DNA of 61,704 nt, counting the filler. It is 10 parts of 10 records of this genome, joined end to end, with 100 filler letters (N's around TTAATTAATTAA, not from the genome) between each part and the next. Parts side by side here need not be neighbours in the genome. Positions count along the whole stretch, not along the records: positions 18,696 to 23,920 come from SRR31147125_121552; positions 24,021 to 31,303 come from SRR31147125_121736; 8 more parts are not named here. One strand, given 5' to 3'. Shown here piece by piece: positions 19,105 through 29,350 of this stretch (within the stretch, counting starts at the first letter, position 1; the number at the start of each line of letters is the position of its first letter). The notes under the pieces were generated by a model. The model saw only the letters and a program-made list of their open reading frames with translations, did not search any database and had not been told where the DNA came from. A program made the position numbers and the translations under genes.

Positions 19105-21765
19105 ATGGGGTTTCCCCCTCTGTTCAGGCACTTTTTCATATCACTGCTCACGACTTTTGTTGCATGCTCCATTGGCCCCGTGACTGCCGGTGCAGTCGAA
19201 CAAACCACCGCATACCTGCCCTTTCAGATTATCGCCCAGCAGGTTGACGACAGCTTAACGACGGAAATTGACACCCGTCTTACCGATGCGCTTGCGGCGA
19301 ACAATTTTCAGATGGTGGACCGGCTGAGCGCGGAAAGCCTTATCGATTATTCTGCGTGGCCACCATCGCGTGAAATGCTCGAAAAAGTCGCCCAAGCTAC
19401 CGGTTATGACAACGTAGCCGCCGGTTCCGTGACCTTCATCGGCACTCAAATCAGTGTCGATCTGCAAGTGTTCGACCTGTTCGATCCGGACAGTCCCAGA
19501 TATTTTTTCCGAGAGGCCGCCTCGGTTGAAGAATTGGGTGTCGCCATTGACGGTGTTATCGGGGAAGTCGCAACGTTCAGTGAACGCAGGCAGTATGTCG
19601 CAAGCCTGGCACCGGAAGGAAACAGTCGTATAGACTCCGGTGCGATCCTGAGAAAAATCCGGACCAAGTCGGGCGATCCCTACGACCAGGGTCAGCTGCG
19701 CAAAGATCTGAAATCGATCTATAAGATGGGCTACTTCGACGACGTCCAGATAGACGTCAAAGACAGCGAAAACGGGAAAATCGTCACGTTCAGGGTTGTT
19801 GAAAAACCAGCCATCAGCTCTATCATTTACACAGGCATAAAGGAGCTTGACGACGCGGACGTCACGGAGGTCGTGACAATCAGGGAAAACTCCATCCTCA
19901 ACCCGGCCAGGGTCAACGATTCGGCCATGGCAATCCAGGAACTGTACAAATCGGAAGGGTACTATAACACCACCGTTGACTCCGACATCAGCTACCCGAC
20001 GCCTGATACCGCCTCTGTAAAGTTTACGATCAAGGAAGGAAAAAAGATCTACATCAAGGAAATCAGTTTCGAAGGTAATACCACCTTCGATGATGACGAT
20101 CTCAAAGATGTGATCGAGACAGACACCAAGGGCTGGCTCACCTGGCTGACCGAGGCGGGACTGCTCAACCGTGATCAACTCAGTCAGGACTCGACCAGAA
20201 TCGTCGCGTTCTATCACAATCACGGCTTTCTCGAAGCAAAGGTTGGCGATCCAGAGATAACCCAGGACGAAGAATGGCTTTACGTCAAGTTCATCGTCGA
20301 GGAAGGGCCGCGCTTCAAGGTCGGGACGGTTTCCGTTGAAGGGGACCTGATCGCCGATGAGGAAGTTTTTCTGGATATGCTCGATGTGCGCAGAGAAGCG
20401 TATCTCAGCCGCAAGACGCTACGGGACGACATCATCAAGATCACCGACTATTACTCGGAACAGGGATATGCGTTCGCCGAAGTGAGACCGATGATGGACA
20501 AGTCGGAGACGGGAACCCGCGTTGATATCAGGCTCGCTGTCAATCGGGGCGACCTGGTCTATATCAACCGTATCTCGATCAGCGGCAATACAAGAACCCG
20601 TGACAACGTTATCCGCAGAGACCTGAAGATCGACGAAGGCGGCGTATTCAATGCCAAGGGAATCCGTGAAAGCACACAAGCCCTGCAGCGCCTCGACTTT
20701 TTCGAGGAGGTCAATATCACGCCGGAGCCCGCACTTGACCCCTCCCAGATGAACATCGATATCGGCGTCACGGAGAAGAGTACCGGCCGGTTCAGTATCG
20801 GTGCCGGCTACTCCTCGGTGGACGACCTGATCCTGATGGGCGAGATTTCAGAGGACAACTTCCTCGGCCTGGGGCACCGGCTGGCGCTGAGCGCCAACGT
20901 CGGCGGCAGCAGCAGCCGCTACAACCTGTCCTGGACCAACCCGCGATTGTTCGACTCGAACCTCTCCACCGGGGCCGACCTGTTCAACTGGGAACGCGAA
21001 TACGATGACTACACCAAGGAATCAAAAGGCGGCGCACTCCGGTTCGGACACCCCCTCTGGCGCAAGTGGCGGATGTACGAGAGCTACAGCTACACCGACA
21101 CCGAACTCAGCGATGTGGATGACGACGCGTCATATATCATCCAGGAGTCCCAGGACATCAATGTAACCTCAGCGGTCAAGGTCTCGTTTGTACGGGATAC
21201 CCGCGACCGGTTGTACGGGGCGACCCGGGGCTCGAAAAACTCGCTCTCACTCAGATACGCCGGCGGAATTCTCGGTGGCGATTCCCAGTTCACCAAGGGC
21301 GAGATTACGTCGAGCTGGTATTTCCCGATGCCGTTCGGCACCGTCTTCCATGCACTCGGTGCAGTCGGGCAGGCCTGGGAAAACGAGGAAGACAAACTGC
21401 CGGTATACGAACGCTTCTACCTGGGCGGAATCAACACCATCAGAGGGCACGAGTACGCCGACGTCAGCCCGATCGACCCGGACACCGGCGACCGCGTCGG
21501 AGGTGATCAGATGTGGTACATCCAGACCGAATTCGTCGTGCCGCTCCTCAAAGATCAAGGCATCTACGGCGCCATTTTCTTCGACGCTGGTGACTCCATC
21601 GCCTCCGATACGGAATGGGAACGGGATGTGGCCCTCGGAACAGGCCTCGAATTCCGCTGGCTCTCTCCCATGGGACCATTGCGCCTGGTCTGGGGGTACA
21701 ACCCGGACCCACTGGATGATGAGCCGGAGTCTGTGTGGGACTTTACCATCGGGGGACAGTTCTGA
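19105..21765 (+). CDS. bamA: Outer membrane protein assembly factor BamA with an extra N-terminal domain
   Basis: POTRA repeats, GNTRTRDNVIRR, FYLGGINTIRGH, WLSPMGPL, terminal Phe. Confidence 0.95.
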   Translation: MGFPPLFRHFFISLLTTFVACSIGPVTAGAVEQTTAYLPFQIIAQQVDDSLTTEIDTRLTDALAANNFQMVDRLSAESLIDYSAWPPSREMLEKVAQATGYDNVAAGSVTFIGTQISVDLQVFDLFDPDSPRYFFREAASVEELGVAIDGVIGEVATFSERRQYVASLAPEGNSRIDSGAILRKIRTKSGDPYDQGQLRKDLKSIYKMGYFDDVQIDVKDSENGKIVTFRVVEKPAISSIIYTGIKELDDADVTEVVTIRENSILNPARVNDSAMAIQELYKSEGYYNTTVDSDISYPTPDTASVKFTIKEGKKIYIKEISFEGNTTFDDDDLKDVIETDTKGWLTWLTEAGLLNRDQLSQDSTRIVAFYHNHGFLEAKVGDPEITQDEEWLYVKFIVEEGPRFKVGTVSVEGDLIADEEVFLDMLDVRREAYLSRKTLRDDIIKITDYYSEQGYAFAEVRPMMDKSETGTRVDIRLAVNRGDLVYINRISISGNTRTRDNVIRRDLKIDEGGVFNAKGIRESTQALQRLDFFEEVNITPEPALDPSQMNIDIGVTEKSTGRFSIGAGYSSVDDLILMGEISEDNFLGLGHRLALSANVGGSSSRYNLSWTNPRLFDSNLSTGADLFNWEREYDDYTKESKGGALRFGHPLWRKWRMYESYSYTDTELSDVDDDASYIIQESQDINVTSAVKVSFVRDTRDRLYGATRGSKNSLSLRYAGGILGGDSQFTKGEITSSWYFPMPFGTVFHALGAVGQAWENEEDKLPVYERFYLGGINTIRGHEYADVSPIDPDTGDRVGGDQMWYIQTEFVVPLLKDQGIYGAIFFDAGDSIASDTEWERDVALGTGLEFRWLSPMGPLRLVWGYNPDPLDDEPESVWDFTIGGQF

Positions 21766-21795
21766 TCCAGCACCGGTCACACAGCTGATCTCAAT

Positions 21796-21829
21796 GCCGG
21801 TTGCCCCCGCGCAACCGGCTCTTTTTTTT
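21796..21829 (+). terminator. Rho-independent terminator-like hairpin after bamA
   Basis: 9-bp stem gccggttgc/gcaaccggc followed by tc and T8. Confidence 0.7.
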
Positions 21830-23920
21830 ATGGTCGACTCATCTATTTCATACCTGAAGCAGGAGACTCTCGCCGTCAGCGGGTTGCGCGGATCGGCGCT
21901 TTCCTGGTTCTGCGCGACCCACACTGACGAGCACCCCATCTGCTGCATCCTGCCGGATGAGCAGATGGTGGAAAGCTTCGAGCAGGATCTGCAGATTTTC
22001 TCCCAGCGGGAAATCTTCACCTTCCCGGGCTACGAGATCCCCCCATACACACCGCTGTCCCCGGACCAGCACACCACGGCGGCACGGCTCTCGACGCTCT
22101 ATCACTTGAGCATGCAGCAGAACCCGTTCATTCTCGTGGTATCAATCGAAGCCCTGCTCAGGCGGGTAATGCCCGGCACCGCACTGCAGCGGCACGCACA
22201 ACTGCTCATAGAGGGGGAGGAGTGCGACCTGCAGGATCTGCAGACAGCTCTCGTGACAATGGGCTACGAGCATGCCTCCCTGGTAAAGAGTTTTGGCGAT
22301 TTTTCCATCCGGGGCGGAGTGGTGGACATATACCCGCCGCCTTTCAGGCTGCCGGACGGCGGGTTGCACGACGGCCCGATCCGACTCGATTTCTTCGGGG
22401 ATTTCATCGAATCCATCAAACCCTTCGACCCCTTCAGCCAGCGCTCCTCCGGCAGGTGCGAAGAGGCCGTTATCCTGCCGGTCAACGACATCCTGCTGCC
22501 GGGTGGAGATTCACGCGCATGTGCAGGCCTGTCCACGACGATGCTCGACCTGGCCGAACAACGCAACTGGTCGGCGGACAAGAGCCGGGAACTGGCAGAC
22601 CGGGTCGCGAACGGCCAGCGATTTGCCGGAATTGAATTTTTCCTGCCGCTGTTCGGAGGTGATGAACAAAGCGCGACCGTTCTCGACTACCTCCCTCCGC
22701 AGAGCCGTCTCTACTTCGTCGATGCTGAAGCGATCGCCACCCAGATGCAGCTGATCCACGAACGTATCGAGACGAACTACTGCGACAACATCGCGATTTC
22801 AGCGCCCTGCCTCCCTCCCGATGACCTGTTCCTGTCGGCCGGCCAGTTCACCGACGCAGCGCATCGGTTCGACCAGGTCGCAACAACAGACTTTCCGGTC
22901 GAAAACGGAAAAACGCTGACCATACGGTCGAGCAATCACCAGCTCCTCAAGCAGGAGATCTCATACAGCAGAAAACAGCACGGCCTGCTCAAGGTACTCG
23001 CCGAGCAGATAGAATCATGGCTTGCGCGCGGCGACCGCGTTGCCATCTGTTGTCGTTCCACACAGCGGCGGCAGAACCTGGCCGAGTTACTCGAACGATT
23101 TAATTTTTCATTTACGATACTCGAATGTCCGCTCGACCTCGACGCACTGCATGCCGGTGGAGACCGGCGCGTCGTTGGCCTCTGCGCGCAGCCGCTGGGC
23201 ACCGGCTTCAGCCTGGACAACCAACAGCTCCACCTGATATCGGAGAGCGAGCTGTTCGGCGAACGGCGTATCGGCTACAAGAAGCGAGCAGGGAAACCGG
23301 CCGGTGATCCGATTAATTTCACCGAGCTGAAACAGGGGGACGTGGTTGTCCACCGGGAACACGGTCTGGGAATCTTCCAGGGGCTGGAGACACTCTCGCT
23401 GCAGCAGGTGACCAACGATTACCTGCTGATCGAATATCGGGACGGCGACAAGCTCTACATTCCGGTGGACCGGCTCAATCTGGTCAGCCGCTACGAAGGA
23501 CTGTCCGATAAACAGCCCAAGATAGAAAAACTCGGCAGTCAGTCCTGGCACACCACCAAGCAGAAGGTCTCCGAGGAGGTGTGGAAGGTTGCACAGGAAT
23601 TGCTCGATATCTATGCCAAACGTGAGATCCGAACCGGCAGATCGTTCTCCGCCCCGGGTGAATTTTACCGCGAACTCGAGGAGTCCTTCCCCTACGACGA
23701 AACCGCCGGCCAATACAAGGCGATAAACGATGCAATCGACGACCTGGTCTCCGAACGCCCGATGGATAGACTGGTATGCGGCGACGTCGGCTACGGCAAG
23801 ACCGAAGTCGCTATCCGCGCAGCGTTCAAGGTGGTCGAGGATTCCTGCCAGGTCGCGCTGCTGGTGCCGACCACGGTGCTTGCTGAGCAGCACGTCAAGA
23901 CCTTCCGGGAAAGACTCAAG
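21830..23920 (+). CDS. mfd: Transcription-repair coupling factor, 3' truncated
   Basis: FSIRGGVVDI, GDVVVHREHGLG (CarD/TRCF domain), PMDRLVCGDVGYGKTEVA. The upstream ORF extension into bamA is spurious. Confidence 0.95.
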
Positions 23921-24020
23921 NNNNNNNNNNNNNNNNNNNNNNNNNNNNNNNNNNNNNNNNNNNNTTAATTAATTAANNNNNNNNNNNNNNNNNNNNNNNN
24001 NNNNNNNNNNNNNNNNNNNN

Positions 24021-24870
24021 GTCTCATCCAACCCAAGGTTGTCAAACACCACAGGACACTGCTCCAGCAACACTCGCGCCACCGCATACCCCAGTCCATT
24101 CCGTCTCTGATGATTCTCCGCTACCAACACCCGTCCTGTCTTCTTCGCTGATGCCACCACCTGCGCCTCATCAAACGGCTTGATCGAGTAACAGTCTATC
24201 ACCTCGGCCTCTATCCCCTGCTTCCCCAGCTCCTCAGCTGCCAGCAGTGACTGGAATACAATATCGCCATAGGTTACGATCGTTATGTCCTTCCCCTCTC
24301 TCAGCACATGACTGCCGCCCATCGGAAACTCTGTCCCTCGGCATACACATCATACAGCTTGTCTCGCATCAAGCGCGTAAACACCGGTCCCGGCGTCTCT
24401 ATCGCTGTATCAAATAACTTCTCTGCTGCCACAGGATCAGCAGGACACTGCACCTTCATGTTCGGCAGCGTACTCATGATCGCTATATCCTCGGTCGCCT
24501 GATGCGTCGTCCCGTCTATCGCTGCCGTCAACCCGCCATGCGAGGATAATATCTTCACATTCAGGTTCGGGTAGCAGATGAAGCTTCTTACCATCTCCAA
24601 TGCTCGCATGGTCAGAAACACCCCATACCCACATACCACTACATTCCTTCCCGATGATGCCATGCCGGCGGCCGCTGCCATCTCGTTCTGTTCCGCTATC
24701 CCCATATTGAAGTAGCGTTCTGGATAGGCCTCTCCAAACAGGTAGGAGAAGGTTGAGTATCCGATGTCTGCCTCAAAGACCGCAAACCCTTCATCTATCT
24801 TCCCATACTCCACCATCCGTTCACTGAAGGCCTGTCTTGTCGGTCGGTCTGCTTTCATCATGCTGCTCAT
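24021..24870 (-). CDS. Split transketolase, C-terminal (pyrimidine-binding) subunit; frameshift near 24322, 3' truncated
   Basis: NMGIAEQN, DGTTHQATED, then GKDITIVTYG..AENH in the second frame. Confidence 0.88.
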
Positions 24871-25724
24871 TTCAATCCTCCCGCTATATCCTCTATCGCT
24901 ATCCGGTACTCTTCATCATTCGGTGCCTTCCCATGCCACCCCCGCACATTCTCCATGTAGCTTACACCTCTTCCCTTCACTGAGCGGGAGACGATCGCTG
25001 TCGGTTTCCCGTTCTGACTGGCTCTGGCCTGCTCCAGGGTTGAGAGTACATCTGCCATGTCATGGCCATCCATAGTCAGCACGTTCCAGCCGAAGGCCGC
25101 GAACTTATCGGTTACCGGCTCTACCGGCATCACCTCATCCACATACCCATCGTTCTGCAAGTTGTTGCGGTCTACTACCGCTACCAGGTTCTCCAGTCCG
25201 TATCCCGCGGCTGCCATGGCCGCTTCCCACACCTGGCCTTCCTGGATCTCTCCGTCTCCCATGATTACATGCACCTTGTAGTCTTTCTTGAGCATCCGTG
25301 CTTCCAGGGCCATGCCCACTCCCATGCTTAACCCCTGGCCCAGTGATCCGGTGGTCATGTCGACTCCCGGAGTCTTGTTGATGACCGGGTGACCCTGCAG
25401 GATCGATTCGAAGCGTCGCAGGGTGTCCAAGTGTTCCAGGGGGAAGAAGCCTCTCAGGGCCAGGCAGGCGTACCATACCGGGCAGGTGTGGCCTTTGGAG
25501 AGCACCAGTCGGTCTCTTTCCGGCCATTTCGGATCTTCGGGCCGTATGTTCAGCAGGTCGAAGTAGAGCGCAGTCATCACATCGGTTGCCGAGAGGGAGC
25601 CGCCGGGGTGTCCTGACTGGGCTTTCCAGATCATGTAGACGATCTTGCTGCGTACCTCTTTCGCCTGTTCTTTCAGGTACGCTACCCGTTCGTCAAAGGT
25701 TTTTACTGTGTTTTCTATCATCAT
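24867..25724 (-). CDS. Split transketolase, N-terminal (TPP-binding) subunit
   Basis: SGHPGGSLS, LSKGH, LQGHP, GDGEIQEG..N, WHGKAP. Confidence 0.92.
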   Translation of the reverse strand: MMIENTVKTFDERVAYLKEQAKEVRSKIVYMIWKAQSGHPGGSLSATDVMTALYFDLLNIRPEDPKWPERDRLVLSKGHTCPVWYACLALRGFFPLEHLDTLRRFESILQGHPVINKTPGVDMTTGSLGQGLSMGVGMALEARMLKKDYKVHVIMGDGEIQEGQVWEAAMAAAGYGLENLVAVVDRNNLQNDGYVDEVMPVEPVTDKFAAFGWNVLTMDGHDMADVLSTLEQARASQNGKPTAIVSRSVKGRGVSYMENVRGWHGKAPNDEEYRIAIEDIAGGLK

Positions 25725-25774
25725 TGAGTTTTCCTTTATGCCTGTTTTATGCAGTTAACACTAGCATCGTGCAA

Positions 25775-27763
25775 TTAAATTATGCTTTTAAGTGAATTTA
25801 CTACACCTTCAGTATCTATTCCTCGTGCAGCTGAAATCACCTCTGCAGGTGCTGATCCGCCAAATTCTGAAATACCGATAAACTCAACTTTTTTATCGGA
25901 AATTTTGGACCATCCCTGCTCTTCAGCGGCTTCCACAACAATTACTCTCGATGAAGGGTCGATAATTGTGTCCTGTATCTTTTTTTCCGTTTCCAGAAAA
26001 TATTCTCTGCAAGGCATAGATACTATGGTTATGTCGTCTTTTCTCAATAACGTCTTAACGGCTTCTGTTACGGTTGACACCTCAGAACCGGTTGCTACGA
26101 TCGTATAAACCGCTTTCCCGGCTGCTTTTTTAACCACATAGGCACCATGTTTCTCCATGGATGATATCCAATTTTCATCCTCTTTTGTATAGCAGGTAAG
26201 TTTTTGTCTGGTTGTGATACAGACTGATGGTCTAATTTTCTCTTTCAGCGCCATTCGCGCACAAACAACACTTTCCTGTGCATCCCCTGGGCGCATTACA
26301 ATAAGATTCGGCATACAGCGCAGTGAAGGAAGTTGTTCAACTGGCTGGTGTGTTGGTCCATCTTCCCCGTTGAAAACTGAATCATAGGCGAGTACATACA
26401 GTACCGGAAGCCGCATAAGTGCCGATAATCGTAAAGCAGGTCTCAGATAGTCAACAAAAGAGAGGAATGTTGAACAATAAGATCTATATCCGGATTGAAG
26501 AGCTATCCCGTTAGAAATAGCTGCCATAGCATGTTCCCTGACACCGAAATAGAGAAAATTCCCGGTTCTGTCTTTTGCATTGAAAGTATGCTGCCTCCCT
26601 ATTTTATTCAGACATGGACTGGTAACATCCGCTGAACCACCTAAGAATGCCGAATTGTTCGTTTGGACAATTCCCAGATATTTACTGAATGTTGATCTAG
26701 ATTCAATCTGATCACCAGCAGCAACTTCCCGAATTATAGACATCATTTGGTCATCTGCCAGATTCATTTTTCTGTTGAATATTTCATTTTCAATGACACT
26801 GTATTTCTGTATCCAGGCAGTGTAGTTTTTGTCCCATTCCTCTTGTTTATGCGCAAAAAAGTCATACACACTTTGCGGAACGAAGAAGCTTTTATCCACA
26901 GGAAAACCAGCATTTCTTCTGATATGGTTAATTTCGTCATTTCCCATCGCCCCGGAATGTGCTTTAGAAGTGTCTTCAAAATTTGGAGCGCCTTTGCCTA
27001 TCAAAGTTTTTACACTTATTAAACTCGGCCGTTTTCCATTAAATCGGGCTTTTCTAAAAGCCTCAGTCATATCATCGTAATCATATCCATCACATTCATA
27101 GACATCCCAACCATACGCTTTAAATCGGGCTTCAACATTTTCTGTAAATGCCAGTTCCGTATCACCGTCAATGGTTTTGTTGTTACTGTCATAAAAAACA
27201 ATTAAGTTATCCAGCTCCAGAGTTCCAGCTAGTGAAGCTGCTTCACAAGCAACACCTTCCATCATATCGCCGTCACCAGCTAATACTATTGTGCAGTTAT
27301 TAAAAATTTCAGATGTTTCATTATAGATACTCGCCTGCTGTTTTTGTGCAATTGCCATTCCAACAGCTGTTGATACCCCCTGGCCCAATGGTCCTGTTGT
27401 TGTTTCAACTCCAGGCGTCGCACCATATTCCGGATGTCCAGGTGTTTTTGATTTAAGAACGCGGAAATTTTTTATGTCTTCAATGCTGAGATCATATCCG
27501 CTCACATGCAGTAAAGCATACAGCATCATTGAGCCATGACCGCCGGAAAGGACAAACTTATCTCTGTTCGTCCAATCTATATGATTCGGGTTATGCTGCA
27601 GGAACTCTGAAAAAATCAATGCACCTAATTCCGCGCATCCTAATGGTAGTCCCGGATGCCCCGACTGAGCTTTTTCAATGGCATCCAGTGTTAATGTTCT
27701 TACAACCGCTGCTGTCTCATTTAAGTGTATAATCTGTTCTTGAGTATACTGTTTTGCTTTCAT
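25775..27763 (-). CDS. tkt: Full-length transketolase (divergent)
   Basis: SGHPG, TPGHPE, GDGDMMEG, FGVREHAM, GEDGPTHQP. Confidence 0.92.
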   Translation of the reverse strand: MKAKQYTQEQIIHLNETAAVVRTLTLDAIEKAQSGHPGLPLGCAELGALIFSEFLQHNPNHIDWTNRDKFVLSGGHGSMMLYALLHVSGYDLSIEDIKNFRVLKSKTPGHPEYGATPGVETTTGPLGQGVSTAVGMAIAQKQQASIYNETSEIFNNCTIVLAGDGDMMEGVACEAASLAGTLELDNLIVFYDSNNKTIDGDTELAFTENVEARFKAYGWDVYECDGYDYDDMTEAFRKARFNGKRPSLISVKTLIGKGAPNFEDTSKAHSGAMGNDEINHIRRNAGFPVDKSFFVPQSVYDFFAHKQEEWDKNYTAWIQKYSVIENEIFNRKMNLADDQMMSIIREVAAGDQIESRSTFSKYLGIVQTNNSAFLGGSADVTSPCLNKIGRQHTFNAKDRTGNFLYFGVREHAMAAISNGIALQSGYRSYCSTFLSFVDYLRPALRLSALMRLPVLYVLAYDSVFNGEDGPTHQPVEQLPSLRCMPNLIVMRPGDAQESVVCARMALKEKIRPSVCITTRQKLTCYTKEDENWISSMEKHGAYVVKKAAGKAVYTIVATGSEVSTVTEAVKTLLRKDDITIVSMPCREYFLETEKKIQDTIIDPSSRVIVVEAAEEQGWSKISDKKVEFIGISEFGGSAPAEVISAARGIDTEGVVNSLKSII

Positions 27764-27974
27764 TTTTATTCCTTTTAAGCCTGCTCTATTTTAATGAAAA
27801 ATACTTCTCATGAATTAATTTGATCTATTTTAAAGTGATTATGAATGTGTGGGTGAAAACCGTAAAATTTCATACAAAACAAGTTATCAGACGGTTAATC
27901 CCACAAACAAATTCACAATTTAAAAACTGATTCACCTTGTGATTTTGAATTTTCACTACATTATCAATTCACAC

Positions 27975-28008
27975 TTACCATTATCGTTACCGGTAACGTT
28001 TATGGTAA
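27975..28008. promoter_or_regulatory. LacI-type operator 1 (34-bp imperfect palindrome)
   Basis: TTACCATTATCGTTACC|GGTAACGTTTATGGTAA, 15 of 17 pairs match; just downstream of the tkt promoter. Confidence 0.8.
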
Positions 28009-28010
28009 CT

Positions 28011-28039
28011 ACTATAATCGCCAAATATTATATTGTCAA
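28011..28039 (-). promoter_or_regulatory. Sigma70 promoter for the tkt operon
   Basis: TTGACA-17 bp-TATAGT on the minus strand. Confidence 0.7.
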
Positions 28040-28250
28040 CAAATATTTCCCATAGGTTTTCAGCATGCATTACTATTGAAGTCTTGTTTAATCATATATT
28101 TCATACACTTCTATGCTACTTATATATTATTATATTATAAGTAATTATATATGTCTTTCCTTCATAGAGGTAATATACTGATACTCTATATCATCCCTTT
28201 CCCTGATTTAAAGACATTCATAATTCTTAATTTTTTTATTGAAAAAAGGT

Positions 28251-28279
28251 TTGACAACCAATCTGAGCCATGCTAGCAT
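28251..28279 (+). promoter_or_regulatory. Sigma70 promoter for the lacI-TRAP operon
   Basis: TTGACA-17 bp-TAGCAT with an extended TG. Confidence 0.7.
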
Positions 28280-28307
28280 ACTAAACGTTACCGGTAACGT
28301 TTAGTAT
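28278..28307. promoter_or_regulatory. LacI-type operator 2 (perfect 30-bp palindrome)
   Basis: ATACTAAACGTTACC|GGTAACGTTTAGTAT, central CG typical of LacI-family sites. Confidence 0.85.
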
Positions 28308-28319
28308 TGAGGGTTTTAC

Positions 28320-29334
28320 ATGAATATTACAATTAAGGACATAGCGAAACTTGCTGGAGTCTCTATTAATACAGTATCGCGAGCTTTGAATGACAAATCC
28401 GATGTCAGCCCGCAAACAAGAGATAAAATAAAGCGGATTGCCAAAGAAATGCATTATGTTCCAAATCCTTTAGCACAAAGTCTGAAATCAAAACAGAATC
28501 AGATTATCGGTGTTGTAGTTACAAATATTGTTAACCCATTTTACGGTGAAATTATTCGGGTGGTTGAAGAAATAGCCAGAGCACATGATTACAATATCAT
28601 GCTGTGCAACACTTCGGAAAATCATGAGAAGGAACTGGAAGCGCTGACGATTTTAAAATCCAGAGTTGATGGAGTGTTAATCACGCCAGTATCCGCTGAT
28701 CCTAAAACCATTCAATTTCTAAAAGATATAAATCTTCCTTTCGTTATTCTTAATCGTGTACCGGAAAGAAGTGAAGATGTGGACTATGTTGTAAATGATA
28801 ATGAAAAAGGTGCATATCTTGCAGTAAAACATCTCTATGAGCAGGGAATAAAAGAACTTCATTTCATCACTGGTCCAAAAAACTCATATACCGTCAATCA
28901 ACGTGTTGATGGTTGCATGAAAGCCATACATGAACTTGATGAACATCGTGAAGTTCTGTTTACGGCTCATAACGTACCACTTACCACTGATGACTGTTAT
29001 CTGAAAACAAAAGAGATACTTAGGAACAAAAAAGATAACAGGATTGGCATACTAGCTTATAACGACAATTTAGCCATTGGGGCGATGAAAGCAATCAGGG
29101 AAATGGGTATCAGCATCCCGGAAGAAGTAGCTTTAATGGGATATGACGATATTCGCATCGGCAGCATGCTGGAAGTACCGTTATCTACAATCAAGCAATC
29201 AAGCACCGAAATTGGGGAACAAGGTGTTTCTATGTTGATTGAGAATATAAAGGATCAAAAAAAGAAAAACAAAAAAGTCGGTGGTACTTGAACCGGAACT
29301 GGTAGTACGAGGATCAACAAAAAAAGAACTCTAA
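28320..29334 (+). CDS. LacI-family transcriptional regulator (frameshift near the 3' end)
   Basis: TIKDIAKLAGVSINTVSRALN HTH. The canonical end VVLEPELVVRGST lies in another frame after A-runs at ~29260-29277. Confidence 0.93.
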
Positions 29335-29350
29335 AACAAGGAGAAAGAGT

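Noticed and set aside
21188-21829. Apparent 214-aa N-terminal extension of Mfd
   Set aside because: Overlaps bamA out of frame and runs through a terminator hairpin; no Mfd similarity.
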